Shown: positions 27,799 to 37,546 of the stretch, in pieces
Layout of the letters: the number at the start of each line of letters is the position of its first letter
Position numbering within the stretch: the first letter of the stretch is position 1
Virus record (IMG/VR): IMGVR_UViG_3300036715_000622
Length of the DNA stretch: 64,000 nt
Direction: 5' to 3' (one strand)
From: an uncultured virus (IMG/VR IMGVR_UViG_3300036715_000622)
Taxonomy: Duplodnaviria; Heunggongvirae; Uroviricota; Caudoviricetes
Program-made: the position numbers and the translations under genes
Notes under the pieces: generated by a model
Told to the model about the DNA's origin: nothing
Databases searched by the model: none
The model's input: only the letters and a program-made list of their open reading frames with translations

Positions 27799-30396
27799 AT
27801 GTTATATTTACCAAGCGTAAGTTGGGCTACAACAAATAAAGATGTACCATCAAAAGATACAGTAAATTCTACTGCTACAGATCCTAATGATACTCAATTA
27901 ACAGTAGCTGCTGCAAATGCACCTATTCCTATTATATATGGCACTGTACGATTAGGTCCTAAAATTGCATATGTAGCTCCAAAGGATTCAAGTCTAGTAA
28001 TACTTGCGGTATGGGGGCATGGAGAAACAGACAGTAGTATAGCACCCACGTTCACTGTAGATGATAAACCTTTACCAGCAGGTATAAGTATATCACACTA
28101 TTATGGAACTCAAACACAATCAGTTGATACTAATATGGCATCAGCTTTAGCTGGGTATACAGATACACTACCTGGTATAACTTATTCAGTTATAACTGTA
28201 CCCTCTGGCACAAGTGCTGGATTTCCAAGAATCAATGCACTAATTAGAGGGCAAAAGGTATATGATCCTAGACTAGATAGTACAAATGGAGGCAGTGGGC
28301 CTCAAAGAGCTAATACTCCTAGTACTTGGGCCTATTCAGATAATCCAGCACTCTGTTTAGCTGATTTTATAACTAATAGTACCTATGGGGTGGGACTTCA
28401 AGTAGATTGGGCAAGTGTAATACTTACTGCTAATTTTAATGATACTATGGTTGGAACCCCAGCGGAAAAATCTAGAACGTTAAATTTAGCTATAGAATCC
28501 CCACAAACGTGTGAAGCTTGGTTAGAAACCCTTAGACTATATGCTAGTTGCTGGTTAGTACGTTCTGGAGATGTTATTAAACTAGTACCGGATATGCCAG
28601 GCTCTTCAGTATATACTTTTGATCATGATAGTGGCAATATTAAAGATATACTTAATATCAAAAAACGTGGTATACTAAATACTCCTAACGTAATGATAAT
28701 AAATTATACTGATACTACTACTATACCGTATAAAAGCAATGATGTAACTATAGATAATAGTGGATTAGCAGGCAGAAAAGAAAGTTCAATAAGTCTACCT
28801 GGTATCAATAGGTATTCACAGGGGTATAGAGAAGCAGTTGAACGGTATAATAAGCTTACTCTAAATGATCTGACTTTCGATCTTGATGTCTTTGATGTAG
28901 GTATTCAATTTGAGATAGGTGATATAGTTGGAGTTAAGCATCCAATTGGTATTGCAGATCAGTCTGGTAATGCTAAATTAATGCGCATAATGGGCATTAA
29001 CTCTAATAGTGCAGGTAGATATACCTTAAATTTAACTGAGTATGATCCGGCTGTTTATTCTAATATAGTTAATCCAGAACCTACTTGGGATGATACTTCT
29101 TTTATAGACCCTACTAATCCTCCCGCAGTAACTGGACTTACTGCGGTAGAAGAGGTATATCAACTAGAGAATGGTACTTGGGCTAGTCGTATAAAGGCAA
29201 CTTGGGCATCAGCAATAAATTATCCCTATTTATCAACTTATTTAGTAGAGTTAACTCAAGCAGGCGAGTTAATAGATACAAAAAGAATTAGAGAACAAAC
29301 CTATAGATCTGCTACACTTAAAGAGGGTCTTGAATACGTCATTAAAGTAGCTATTATTAGTAGTATTGGTAGTATTGGTACTTGGGCTCAGTATAATGTA
29401 ATTGCCAAAGGTAAATACTTAATACCTAGTAATGTACCTAGTGTATCTGCATTTGAAGCCGGTGGTACTGTATATATCTCATGGACACCGGCAATTGACA
29501 TAGACATCTGGCGGTACGAGGTACGCTATGGAGCTATCGGAGTAGCTTGGGAATCAACATTGCTTATTGATCGCGTCGATGCCTTGCGCCTTACGTCAGA
29601 TCAGATACCTGTTGGCACGTGGACGATCCACGTCAAAGCAGTGGATTCGGTGGGGCAGTACAGCACAACAGCAGCTACCGCAAATGTTACCGTCACTAGC
29701 GATGCAGCAGCATTTCTAGTTGCCAGTTATGATCATACCAATCCGACATTAACTAATATGGCTAGTTACACTATTAACCCAACAGACACAAATAGTTACG
29801 CAGTAACGGAAGATGGAGTGATGGCATCCACCAAGTTTCCAAATACGGCAAGTAGCTATGGAAATATTGCAGCTACTTACCATAATAGTGTGACAAGCAC
29901 ATGGCTTGGTGAAGCAGAGGACTTCGGCTTGGTGCTTAGTGGACAGTGGACTGGAACGGCTACGGTAGCTGATATTTCTGGATCGCATATTAGTTATCTT
30001 GGAAACTCACTTGACAACTCGACATGGAATTATCCAGCTGGGCTAAGCCAGAAACTCAATGCCAGATTCGCCAAGATGAAGCATGAGTCTCTGACCACCA
30101 GCACCCTAAAAGTCACAATACCAACTCAGAATATCCGAGTAGATGCCGTCCCGCGCGAAGAAGTAGGCACAGGCACTAGTAGCTCATCTGGCCCGGTAAC
30201 TATCACACTAGCGAATCAATACGTGGCGGTGAAAAAAATTACTATAACCCCACAGGGAACAACTGCAAGATCATCTACCTATGATAACATTATCATCGGC
30301 GGGAGCGCAGGAGCAACAACTTTTGACGTTTACGTCTTTGACCAATCCGGGGCAAAAATAGCCTCACCGTTCCGCTATGAATGGCAGGGAGTATAA
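27799..30396 (+). CDS. Tail tip / central fibre (host-specificity J-like) protein with FnIII-like domains
   Basis: PIPIIYGT, G.KVYDPR, WAYSDNPALCLADF, L.LTEYDP.VY. Start set at MLYLP. Confidence 0.85.
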   Translation: MLYLPSVSWATTNKDVPSKDTVNSTATDPNDTQLTVAAANAPIPIIYGTVRLGPKIAYVAPKDSSLVILAVWGHGETDSSIAPTFTVDDKPLPAGISISHYYGTQTQSVDTNMASALAGYTDTLPGITYSVITVPSGTSAGFPRINALIRGQKVYDPRLDSTNGGSGPQRANTPSTWAYSDNPALCLADFITNSTYGVGLQVDWASVILTANFNDTMVGTPAEKSRTLNLAIESPQTCEAWLETLRLYASCWLVRSGDVIKLVPDMPGSSVYTFDHDSGNIKDILNIKKRGILNTPNVMIINYTDTTTIPYKSNDVTIDNSGLAGRKESSISLPGINRYSQGYREAVERYNKLTLNDLTFDLDVFDVGIQFEIGDIVGVKHPIGIADQSGNAKLMRIMGINSNSAGRYTLNLTEYDPAVYSNIVNPEPTWDDTSFIDPTNPPAVTGLTAVEEVYQLENGTWASRIKATWASAINYPYLSTYLVELTQAGELIDTKRIREQTYRSATLKEGLEYVIKVAIISSIGSIGTWAQYNVIAKGKYLIPSNVPSVSAFEAGGTVYISWTPAIDIDIWRYEVRYGAIGVAWESTLLIDRVDALRLTSDQIPVGTWTIHVKAVDSVGQYSTTAATANVTVTSDAAAFLVASYDHTNPTLTNMASYTINPTDTNSYAVTEDGVMASTKFPNTASSYGNIAATYHNSVTSTWLGEAEDFGLVLSGQWTGTATVADISGSHISYLGNSLDNSTWNYPAGLSQKLNARFAKMKHESLTTSTLKVTIPTQNIRVDAVPREEVGTGTSSSSGPVTITLANQYVAVKKITITPQGTTARSSTYDNIIIGGSAGATTFDVYVFDQSGAKIASPFRYEWQGV

Positions 30397-30765
30397 ATGG
30401 CATACACACTTTTCGATCCAACTACCCCAGATGCGACAACCCAGACGCTCACGCAGATGGGGCAATCCGAGAGGAATAATCTCAAGGCAGTACGTGACGC
30501 CTGCATCATGGGTGGGGGGTTTTATGGATTCAACCTTGCCGTATCTGGCGGCACGGCTGACCAGCCTGCACTGCTCACCTATACAAAAGGCACTGAGAAG
30601 ATCAAGGCCGCGCTGACGTGGGGCACAACAGGAGGTGAAGCCGGGAGTGTAACTGTGGCAGTTTATAGTTACTCGTCGGATTCCGGCAACACGTGGGCAA
30701 CGATTGGCACAAAGACAATCACCTATGATGCTAACGCAAACGTAACAGCAACAACTTGGAGTTAA
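30397..30765 (+). CDS. Putative tail protein
   Basis: Abuts the tip gene; Thr/Gly-rich. Confidence 0.7.
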   Translation: MAYTLFDPTTPDATTQTLTQMGQSERNNLKAVRDACIMGGGFYGFNLAVSGGTADQPALLTYTKGTEKIKAALTWGTTGGEAGSVTVAVYSYSSDSGNTWATIGTKTITYDANANVTATTWS

Positions 30766-30768
30766 TAA

Positions 30769-31206
30769 ATGATTGATTTTCTATTAGGCGTACCCGGCAA
30801 ACTCGCCACCATCATCGGATGGTTTACTAACTACTGGACGGCGGCGCGGGCAGCGAAGATTGATTATCTTGATGCCACTATCAGTAGTCGCGCACCAGCA
30901 TCAACAGCAGTCAGTAATGCAAATTACACTGCTGGAAGGGCCGCTTTGCTGGATGGAATTATCCAGAATAGTGTAATAAATTCGATTCAAACAGGCACAA
31001 CCATTGTTAAGACGGCAGCCGGCATTGGCTATACTGTTGACTTGACCATATCGGCTGTAAATGTCAGCAAGTGTTTTGTCTTTGTCCAAGGACAATCAAG
31101 TCAGGCATGGGGATATATGTCGAGCACAACAAACTTGCACATAGAAAGTATAACTGCTGTTAATACCACAGGTGGATTGCGCTGGTGGGTAGTGGAGTTT
31201 AAATAA
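30769..31206 (+). CDS. Short tail fibre-like protein
   Basis: INSIQTG...TISAVNVSK...RWWVVEF C-terminal fibre-type motif. Confidence 0.65.
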   Translation: MIDFLLGVPGKLATIIGWFTNYWTAARAAKIDYLDATISSRAPASTAVSNANYTAGRAALLDGIIQNSVINSIQTGTTIVKTAAGIGYTVDLTISAVNVSKCFVFVQGQSSQAWGYMSSTTNLHIESITAVNTTGGLRWWVVEFK

Positions 31207-31302
31207 ATGACTAAGTATCAAATTATCCAATCAGGCGGCATATTTGATTTTGAAACCAGTACACTTATCCAACTAGATCATACTACATTGGAGTTCAAAT
31301 AA
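31207..31302 (+). pseudogene. 31-codon remnant resembling the N-terminus of the next gene
   Basis: MTKYQIIQSGGIFDFETSTLIQ vs MGPYQLLDEGVFDLSSKTIIK; ends LEFK* like the upstream gene (VEFK*). Confidence 0.55.
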
Positions 31303-31868
31303 TGGGGCCATATCAATTATTAGATGAAGGTGTATTCGACCTATCATCAAAAACTATAATAAAAAGAGGCCAGCCAGGATGGTCAGATTACCAGACCTGG
31401 CTGACTCAAGGAGGAGTCCTTCTACCGAAGGACTCCCTTGGTCAGCTAGATCTAGTAACTGCTAAAGCCAATAGGACTGCTGAGATTGATTCATACGCTG
31501 CATCACTAAGAAATAAAATCATTGCTGGGCGTAGTGCGGGGGAAATGGCTGCTTGGACAATTAAACTATTCGATGCAATGGCAGTACTAGCTGCTCAACC
31601 TAGCCCATTTACTCCAATCTTAGCAACTCTGCGAACTACTTTAGGTTTACCAGTAACACCTAATAGTTATAATCATGCTATTGCCATGATTAGAGGTATT
31701 ACAGAAACTGAACATGCTACCAAAGTTGTAACTCAAGCAGTGCCATTCCTAGCAGCCGAAGCCGCAATTGATGGTACTAGAGGTAAGCACAATGATGCAA
31801 TTAATGCAATGTTAACAGTACCAGAAATAATTACTTATGATTGGTCTGTAGGATGGCCAGCTTTATGA
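31302..31868 (+). CDS. Putative tail fibre assembly/chaperone protein
   Basis: W.DYQ.WL..GG N-terminus and YDWSVGWP C-terminus typical of fibre-adjacent chaperones. Confidence 0.6.
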   Translation: MGPYQLLDEGVFDLSSKTIIKRGQPGWSDYQTWLTQGGVLLPKDSLGQLDLVTAKANRTAEIDSYAASLRNKIIAGRSAGEMAAWTIKLFDAMAVLAAQPSPFTPILATLRTTLGLPVTPNSYNHAIAMIRGITETEHATKVVTQAVPFLAAEAAIDGTRGKHNDAINAMLTVPEIITYDWSVGWPAL

Positions 31869-32356
31869 AATATATAGAGTATAGATCTAAAATTAAATCA
31901 GGTGACTTGCTAGCTTGGAGTCATAGATCTTGGAAAACTTGGTACGATATTAAAATACAACTAGTACGTATCTTTACTCAATCCGAGTATAGCCACGTAG
32001 GAGTTGCATGGGTATATCAAGATAGAGTATTTGTTATTGAGTCTGTTACCCCATTTGTACGCATTGTACCACTTAGTAATTTACTACCATGCTATGTTAT
32101 TAGCATGAACTTAGCATGGAGTAAAGAAACAGAAAACTTAGCTGTGGGGATGGTGGGCAAAGCCGGGTATTCACAGTTAGAAGCAATAAAAGCTTATTTT
32201 GGTAAAAATAAAGACCCTAATGCTTGGGAGTGCGCTGAGTTTGTACAAAAAATATACCATTCAGAAAATATTAATCTAGATTGTAGAGATGTACCAGCTG
32301 ATCTAGTATTAGCAGCCCAGAAAAGGTTTGGTCCCACTGTATACTTAGAGGAATAG
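31865..32356 (+). CDS. Permuted papain-like (YiiX/YebB, NlpC/P60) amidase-family protein
   Basis: KSGDLL...SEYSHVG...VIES...WECAEFV...P.DL (His precedes Cys). Confidence 0.75.
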   Translation: MKYIEYRSKIKSGDLLAWSHRSWKTWYDIKIQLVRIFTQSEYSHVGVAWVYQDRVFVIESVTPFVRIVPLSNLLPCYVISMNLAWSKETENLAVGMVGKAGYSQLEAIKAYFGKNKDPNAWECAEFVQKIYHSENINLDCRDVPADLVLAAQKRFGPTVYLEE

Positions 32357-32357
32357 C

Positions 32358-32840
32358 ATGATAGAGCGAAGAAAACATAATCGTATGTTAAAAGTAGTTA
32401 AGTATAGGTGGAATCAGTTACTTTGGCATACAGATTTAATGGCAGTAAGATTTATACTTGCTATAGGAGCCATTTCCTGGGGCTTAGCAATGTTATGTAA
32501 CCCTAACACATTGGTAATATCTAATATGTTAGTAATAATGCCATCATTTGCTTGGGCTATATTATGGATATTACAGGGGTCTATCATGCTCTGGTCATTA
32601 ATCTGGGATAAAAGGCCCAGATTAACGCTATGGGTAGATGCAGTATTAGGTACACTATTATGGTCTGTATCTACTATAGCCTGCTTACTATATCAATACC
32701 CAGAAGTAGTAACACTAGAAACAATTATGGAGTACTATAGAGTACCTCCTAGTCTTGTACCTAATATAGGACTAGCTTTAGCGTCCTGGTGGGTATTAGT
32801 TAGGCACTATACGAAAGGAGATACTGATGCCAACTTTTGA
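32358..32840 (+). CDS. Multi-pass membrane protein
   Basis: About four hydrophobic segments. Confidence 0.7.
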   Translation: MIERRKHNRMLKVVKYRWNQLLWHTDLMAVRFILAIGAISWGLAMLCNPNTLVISNMLVIMPSFAWAILWILQGSIMLWSLIWDKRPRLTLWVDAVLGTLLWSVSTIACLLYQYPEVVTLETIMEYYRVPPSLVPNIGLALASWWVLVRHYTKGDTDANF

Positions 32841-33213
32841 AACCCTTATAAGTTCAGGTGTATTAGCAGGAGGCGGAGGAGGCATATTAGTAATAATAGC
32901 CTTGTTCATTAGGAGACTTGTGTCTGATACAACTAAAAGCACTGCAAAAAGTAGTGCTGAGGTAGATATTTTAGCCATGTGGAAAATGGAGAGAGATACT
33001 CTTAAGAAGTTGACTGAAGAACTACAGGCTGAAAGACTAAGTTTAATAAGTAAGCTTTCCGCTATGGAAGGGCAATTAAAAGCTGTGCAAGCACAACTAC
33101 AAACTCTTATAGAAGATAAAAAGGGCTTAATGATTGAGGTAGAAGAGTATAACAAAAAATGTTTTGAGTGCAAATATAGAACAGGGCAACAAGAAATTTC
33201 ATCCTTGACATAA
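32827..33213 (+). CDS. Single-TM coiled-coil protein (holin/antiholin-like)
   Basis: N-terminal TM (GGGILVIIALFI) plus coiled coil; AAGGAG SD. Confidence 0.6.
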   Translation: MPTFETLISSGVLAGGGGGILVIIALFIRRLVSDTTKSTAKSSAEVDILAMWKMERDTLKKLTEELQAERLSLISKLSAMEGQLKAVQAQLQTLIEDKKGLMIEVEEYNKKCFECKYRTGQQEISSLT

Positions 33214-33233
33214 GGTTGGCCCCATGGTATAAT
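33205..33233 (+). promoter_or_regulatory. Consensus promoter for the accessory virion-protein operon
   Basis: TTGACA-17-TATAAT. Confidence 0.85.
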
Positions 33234-33276
33234 AGGGGTATAATTTTAAAAGATTTAAAATAAAAGGATACTTCCT

Positions 33277-33873
33277 ATGGCTGCACCAGCAAAGATTAAC
33301 TTCTCTATGTACCAGGGTAGTACCTTTAATGAGGTACTACGCTGGGAATCAAGCAGAAAGATATATAAACCTATTACTAATATCACCCAGGCCGCGCCAT
33401 GTGTAGTAACCGCTACTGCACATGATATTCCTGACGGATGGCGTGTGAAGATTACTAATGTAGGCGGAATGAAAGAAATTAATTCCACTGATGTATATCA
33501 TGTTATCACTAGATTAACAGATGATGATATAGAACTAAATGCTATTAATTCTATATCATATACTCCATATACTTCAGGAGGTATTGTAGAGTATAATGAG
33601 CCCGTGCCTTTAACCGGGTATACTGCTAGAATGCAGTTACGTACTAAGATAGATGATGTAACTCCTATTGATGAATATACCACAGTTAATGGCAAACTAA
33701 TTATATCTTATACTCCTGGCAAGGTAGCAACTATCCAAATTCTAGTGCCAGCAACGGATACTGCACTATATACTTTTAAAACAGCAGTATATAGTTTAGA
33801 ATTAATTAATGATACTACGGTAGTACCATTTGCTAATGGTACAATTACTCTAGTAAAAGAAGTTACACGCTAG
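33277..33873 (+). CDS. Putative virion structural protein
   Basis: QGSTF...LTGYTARMQLR...AVYSLEL...G.ITL..EVTR with an internal ITNITQAAPCVVT..AH beta domain. Confidence 0.7.
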   Translation: MAAPAKINFSMYQGSTFNEVLRWESSRKIYKPITNITQAAPCVVTATAHDIPDGWRVKITNVGGMKEINSTDVYHVITRLTDDDIELNAINSISYTPYTSGGIVEYNEPVPLTGYTARMQLRTKIDDVTPIDEYTTVNGKLIISYTPGKVATIQILVPATDTALYTFKTAVYSLELINDTTVVPFANGTITLVKEVTR

Positions 33874-34331
33874 TGGATACGGTTATAGATTCCGTAGTAG
33901 AGTCTATTGTAGTACAGTCTAATAATACAGATACAGTAGTATCAGATGCATTAACTGCAACTATTAGTAATACTAATATTCAGAATGTGATAGCCAATAC
34001 TACTAATACTACTAATGTAGGCACTACTAAAATACAAAATGTATTGGTAGAAATACCAGTACATACAGTAATAACAAGCGGATTAACTGGTATACAGGGC
34101 CCTCCTGGAATAAATGAGGAAGATATAGTGTATTCAAAACGCACTGATTTTATTGGTGAAGATGTTATATACAAAGGAGAGGCTGAAGTAGGTTCTTTAA
34201 CCTCTGCAGCAAGCTGGAGAATAAGAAAGCTCACTATATCTCCTGATGGCGATGTATCAGAGACTTGGGCATCTGGAAATGCAAACTTTGATAAAATTTG
34301 GGATAATAGAGCTTCTCTAGTATACTCATAA
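33873..34331 (+). CDS. Putative virion structural protein
   Basis: G.QGPPG collagen-like bit; IYKGEA..G.....SWRI...WA.G...FD..WDNR.SL.Y. Confidence 0.65.
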   Translation: MDTVIDSVVESIVVQSNNTDTVVSDALTATISNTNIQNVIANTTNTTNVGTTKIQNVLVEIPVHTVITSGLTGIQGPPGINEEDIVYSKRTDFIGEDVIYKGEAEVGSLTSAASWRIRKLTISPDGDVSETWASGNANFDKIWDNRASLVYS

Positions 34332-34341
34332 AGGAATTGAA

Positions 34342-34554
34342 ATGATTTTAGCACAAAGTAGTTTGACAATGATTGGCCTTAATACCACTACACCCCAAGT
34401 ATTTTGGAAGGGACAATTAGTCGCAGGTATTACTAGTATTAGAGTGGATTGGGAAAATGATGAGCAGCGCGTTACTTTACGTGTTAATACTAGTAACCCA
34501 GAACTTTATACAGAAATGAGTGCAGCAGGTATAAAAATTAGGGAACTAAAATGA
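34342..34554 (+). CDS. Hypothetical protein
   Basis: AAGGA SD; tightly packed in the operon. Confidence 0.65.
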   Translation: MILAQSSLTMIGLNTTTPQVFWKGQLVAGITSIRVDWENDEQRVTLRVNTSNPELYTEMSAAGIKIRELK

Positions 34555-34769
34555 GTGAGTTTTTGTTAGTCATCCCAGAAGGTTGGATACAGCTTGACTG
34601 GGATTATATCACCAATAATATACAAGGTATGAGTGCGGATAACGTAAATGGAGCACCGCTATCAGTTATCGAGGAGAACTTGAAACTAGGCGGAATTATT
34701 GCACCGGAATCTTCATTAGTAGAGTTTAAATTAATAGATAATACCTATTTTATTATTAGACTTGGTTAA
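34551..34769 (+). CDS. Hypothetical protein
   Basis: ATGA overlap with the upstream gene. Confidence 0.65.
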   Translation: MSEFLLVIPEGWIQLDWDYITNNIQGMSADNVNGAPLSVIEENLKLGGIIAPESSLVEFKLIDNTYFIIRLG

Positions 34770-34775
34770 TACGAG

Positions 34776-37364
34776 ATGACTGCCTACGTTTTAGCAAATA
34801 ATGCTACTTTAAGAGATATTGGTAATGCTGCTATCTGGGGTGTAACGACGGCTCGTGGCACATCGGGTGATACGATAGATACCAATGGATTCAACTTCAC
34901 GCAGGATCAGGACAATCGCTACGGACTAAGTGGCAATACCAGCGCGATCTGGTCAACCCTGACAATTAATGCAACTAAAGGTGGGCAGCTTAATTTCGAT
35001 GGTCGTTATGTACGTATGATACCGTTCGACACGGGTAGTGGTACTATCACACTTGGTGCATCGATCACAGTAGGCTCGGCCACAGCCAATGTAATTGGCA
35101 TATATACCTCACTTACCACAGCGCCAGCGACCACAGGAACATCCGGCTGGATTAAGGTAACTAACTGGAATAGTGTAGCTTTTCCAACGTCTGGAACTTA
35201 CACACAGGCAGGCTTCACCTTCAATATTACGGGCCCATCTATAGTCGGCTTTATCGAGGTGAATGGACTAGAGTCCTCCACCGTTAACGCCAATCGGCTA
35301 GGCTCGGTCAATATCACGGGCGAGTGGTTTGAAGTCGGCCTGACCAACGGCACGTCCAATCAGACGATGCAGATACCAAACAATGGGCTAACGTGCTGGC
35401 ATCCAGGTGTATTCATTGAGACAACCGCAGGCTCTGGCGTATTCGAGTTTTATCCGAATAATGGTACTAATACCACCACCGGAACGGAAGCCACTCGCGG
35501 TAAGGTGGTATGGATTGACAACACTGGATTGGTGCGTATCGGAAACTCCGGCTCAGCTACTAACGGCTATACACCCGTTGCTGGCCTGCGCGTAGTGATC
35601 GGCAACGTGTTCTTCAACAACGTAGGATCGACACTTACTGCTAATACCATCCCGAATGCCACCTTAGCCACGCGCCATAGCTTCACTACTACCGGTGGCG
35701 GCGTAATTAATATCGACAAGTGTTCGATGGGATGGTACTTATCCTGCTCACAGGCGTACTCGGTAGCATTGAGCAACAGTTGCTTCTCTGACGCGATACT
35801 GCTGTCTGAAGTAGCATCACCAATGACTGTTACTAAAGTCGGCGTTGGTAATAAACCTACTACAGCACTAATAACAACAGCCCTGACGCTGCAATATTGC
35901 TATGCAGGAGGAACTTTTACTGATTGTGTGTGGCAAAAAGCATCTGGTGCTTCTGCGGGTAACGTAGTTGCCATTACCGATATTGCTGGATTTACCTTCG
36001 TGCGGGATAAGGTTCAGTCCATGGTTATTATGGGTAACGTAGGAGCACTATCGCACAGTGTCACCCGTGCCAAGAACTGTACCTGGACAACTCCCACAGT
36101 AATTCTAGGTGGGATGTCCTTTATCACCTGCGATACTATCAACGTCACCGATATGATCTACTGCGGTGCGCCATCAGGAACCACGGTCACAACCTATGCT
36201 ACTTATGCATGGTACATGTCACTGAATAGCACCAATATTACGCTCTCTGGCCTGACGTGGCCGGTGACTAATACGCACCCTTATGCCGGAATAATGTCAG
36301 CAGCTACAGGTTGCTCTAAGATCAGATTACGCAACATTGGTACTTATAGTGCTCCGCTCACGATGGGCAGCACAAATAGCTGTGGCATCATCTATTCATT
36401 GGCTACCAATTGCTCTGACATTAAAATCCAACGTGTCTATGTGTCAGCAACTCGTACCGGCATTATGAGTGGTGATAACTCTAACCATGAAGTCACTGAG
36501 GAAAACGTATGGGGGGACTATGCTGATGCAGTGGACATTATGGCCGTACTTAATATGAAGCGCAAGGGCATGGGTGGCACAGGTGCATTGACGGCTCAGG
36601 TGTCTGTCTACGGTACGCACTGGTGCGATAGCCATACAAGCACTACAGGAGGACGTATCGCCATTCTGATGAACGAGGCTACCGCGCTAACCGCCCCACA
36701 AGTGACATTGACAGGAGGTGCGGCCTTCACTTCAGCAGGTGGTTTATACATGCCGGTAGTAGGCCAAACAGCCACATTCGAGATGCCGGAATACATAATA
36801 GGGCATACTGGCTTTGCTAACTCTGCACTAGTGATGGCCGGCGGCACGGCGACTAACTATACCTATGAATACGCTATAGATAAAAACGATGGTAATGGTT
36901 TTAGTCCCCTGACCGCTGTTGGTCAGAATGACTACACAGCAACCACCCTCGGAACAGCGCTGAATGGGATTACAGGTATTGATGCTAGCAAGGGATTTAA
37001 GCTCAAGCTCAAGATCACTACCGGTACGGCTAACACCTCGGCAATTACTAGCGTCTATATGCTCACGACCAGCACAACGACGACGCAGGCATATCAGTAC
37101 CCATTAGACCTTATTACATTGACCCTAACTGGTCTAGTTACAGGATCTGATATTGTAGTTCTTAACGCCGGAACTACAACTGAACGTATTAACGTAGATG
37201 CAAATCCTGGCTCAACTTACTCCTACGTTTACTCAACTACAGGAAATGTGGATATTGGAATATTTAAAGCAGGGTATGTTCCATTTTATATTCGTAACTA
37301 CCCTCTTGGTGCTACTGCTGCATCCTTACCAGTAGCACAGGTTGTTGATAGGAACTATGCATAA
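34776..37364 (+). CDS. Large beta-rich virion protein (fibre/spike; possible beta-helix)
   Basis: 862 aa, Thr/Gly/Asn-rich; C-terminal LTLTGL..GSDI...DRNYA. Confidence 0.7.
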   Translation: MTAYVLANNATLRDIGNAAIWGVTTARGTSGDTIDTNGFNFTQDQDNRYGLSGNTSAIWSTLTINATKGGQLNFDGRYVRMIPFDTGSGTITLGASITVGSATANVIGIYTSLTTAPATTGTSGWIKVTNWNSVAFPTSGTYTQAGFTFNITGPSIVGFIEVNGLESSTVNANRLGSVNITGEWFEVGLTNGTSNQTMQIPNNGLTCWHPGVFIETTAGSGVFEFYPNNGTNTTTGTEATRGKVVWIDNTGLVRIGNSGSATNGYTPVAGLRVVIGNVFFNNVGSTLTANTIPNATLATRHSFTTTGGGVINIDKCSMGWYLSCSQAYSVALSNSCFSDAILLSEVASPMTVTKVGVGNKPTTALITTALTLQYCYAGGTFTDCVWQKASGASAGNVVAITDIAGFTFVRDKVQSMVIMGNVGALSHSVTRAKNCTWTTPTVILGGMSFITCDTINVTDMIYCGAPSGTTVTTYATYAWYMSLNSTNITLSGLTWPVTNTHPYAGIMSAATGCSKIRLRNIGTYSAPLTMGSTNSCGIIYSLATNCSDIKIQRVYVSATRTGIMSGDNSNHEVTEENVWGDYADAVDIMAVLNMKRKGMGGTGALTAQVSVYGTHWCDSHTSTTGGRIAILMNEATALTAPQVTLTGGAAFTSAGGLYMPVVGQTATFEMPEYIIGHTGFANSALVMAGGTATNYTYEYAIDKNDGNGFSPLTAVGQNDYTATTLGTALNGITGIDASKGFKLKLKITTGTANTSAITSVYMLTTSTTTTQAYQYPLDLITLTLTGLVTGSDIVVLNAGTTTERINVDANPGSTYSYVYSTTGNVDIGIFKAGYVPFYIRNYPLGATAASLPVAQVVDRNYA

Positions 37365-37543
37365 TGAATTTACAGATAATTTCCTCTACAGATGGTAAGT
37401 TCCTAATGAAACTTATTACTGATACCATACCAATTTTATTGGGGGATTATGAATTTATCCCCGATTATCCCCCAATTCCTCTTGCAGATAAAGAGTGGAG
37501 ACTTTACAATTCAAATTATTCAATAGATGTTAGAGAGGTATAA
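37364..37543 (+). CDS. Hypothetical protein, 59 aa (below track cutoff)
   Basis: MNLQIISSTDGKFL...; TAATG coupling; fills the gap exactly. Confidence 0.6.
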   Translation: MNLQIISSTDGKFLMKLITDTIPILLGDYEFIPDYPPIPLADKEWRLYNSNYSIDVREV

Positions 37544-37546
37544 GGC

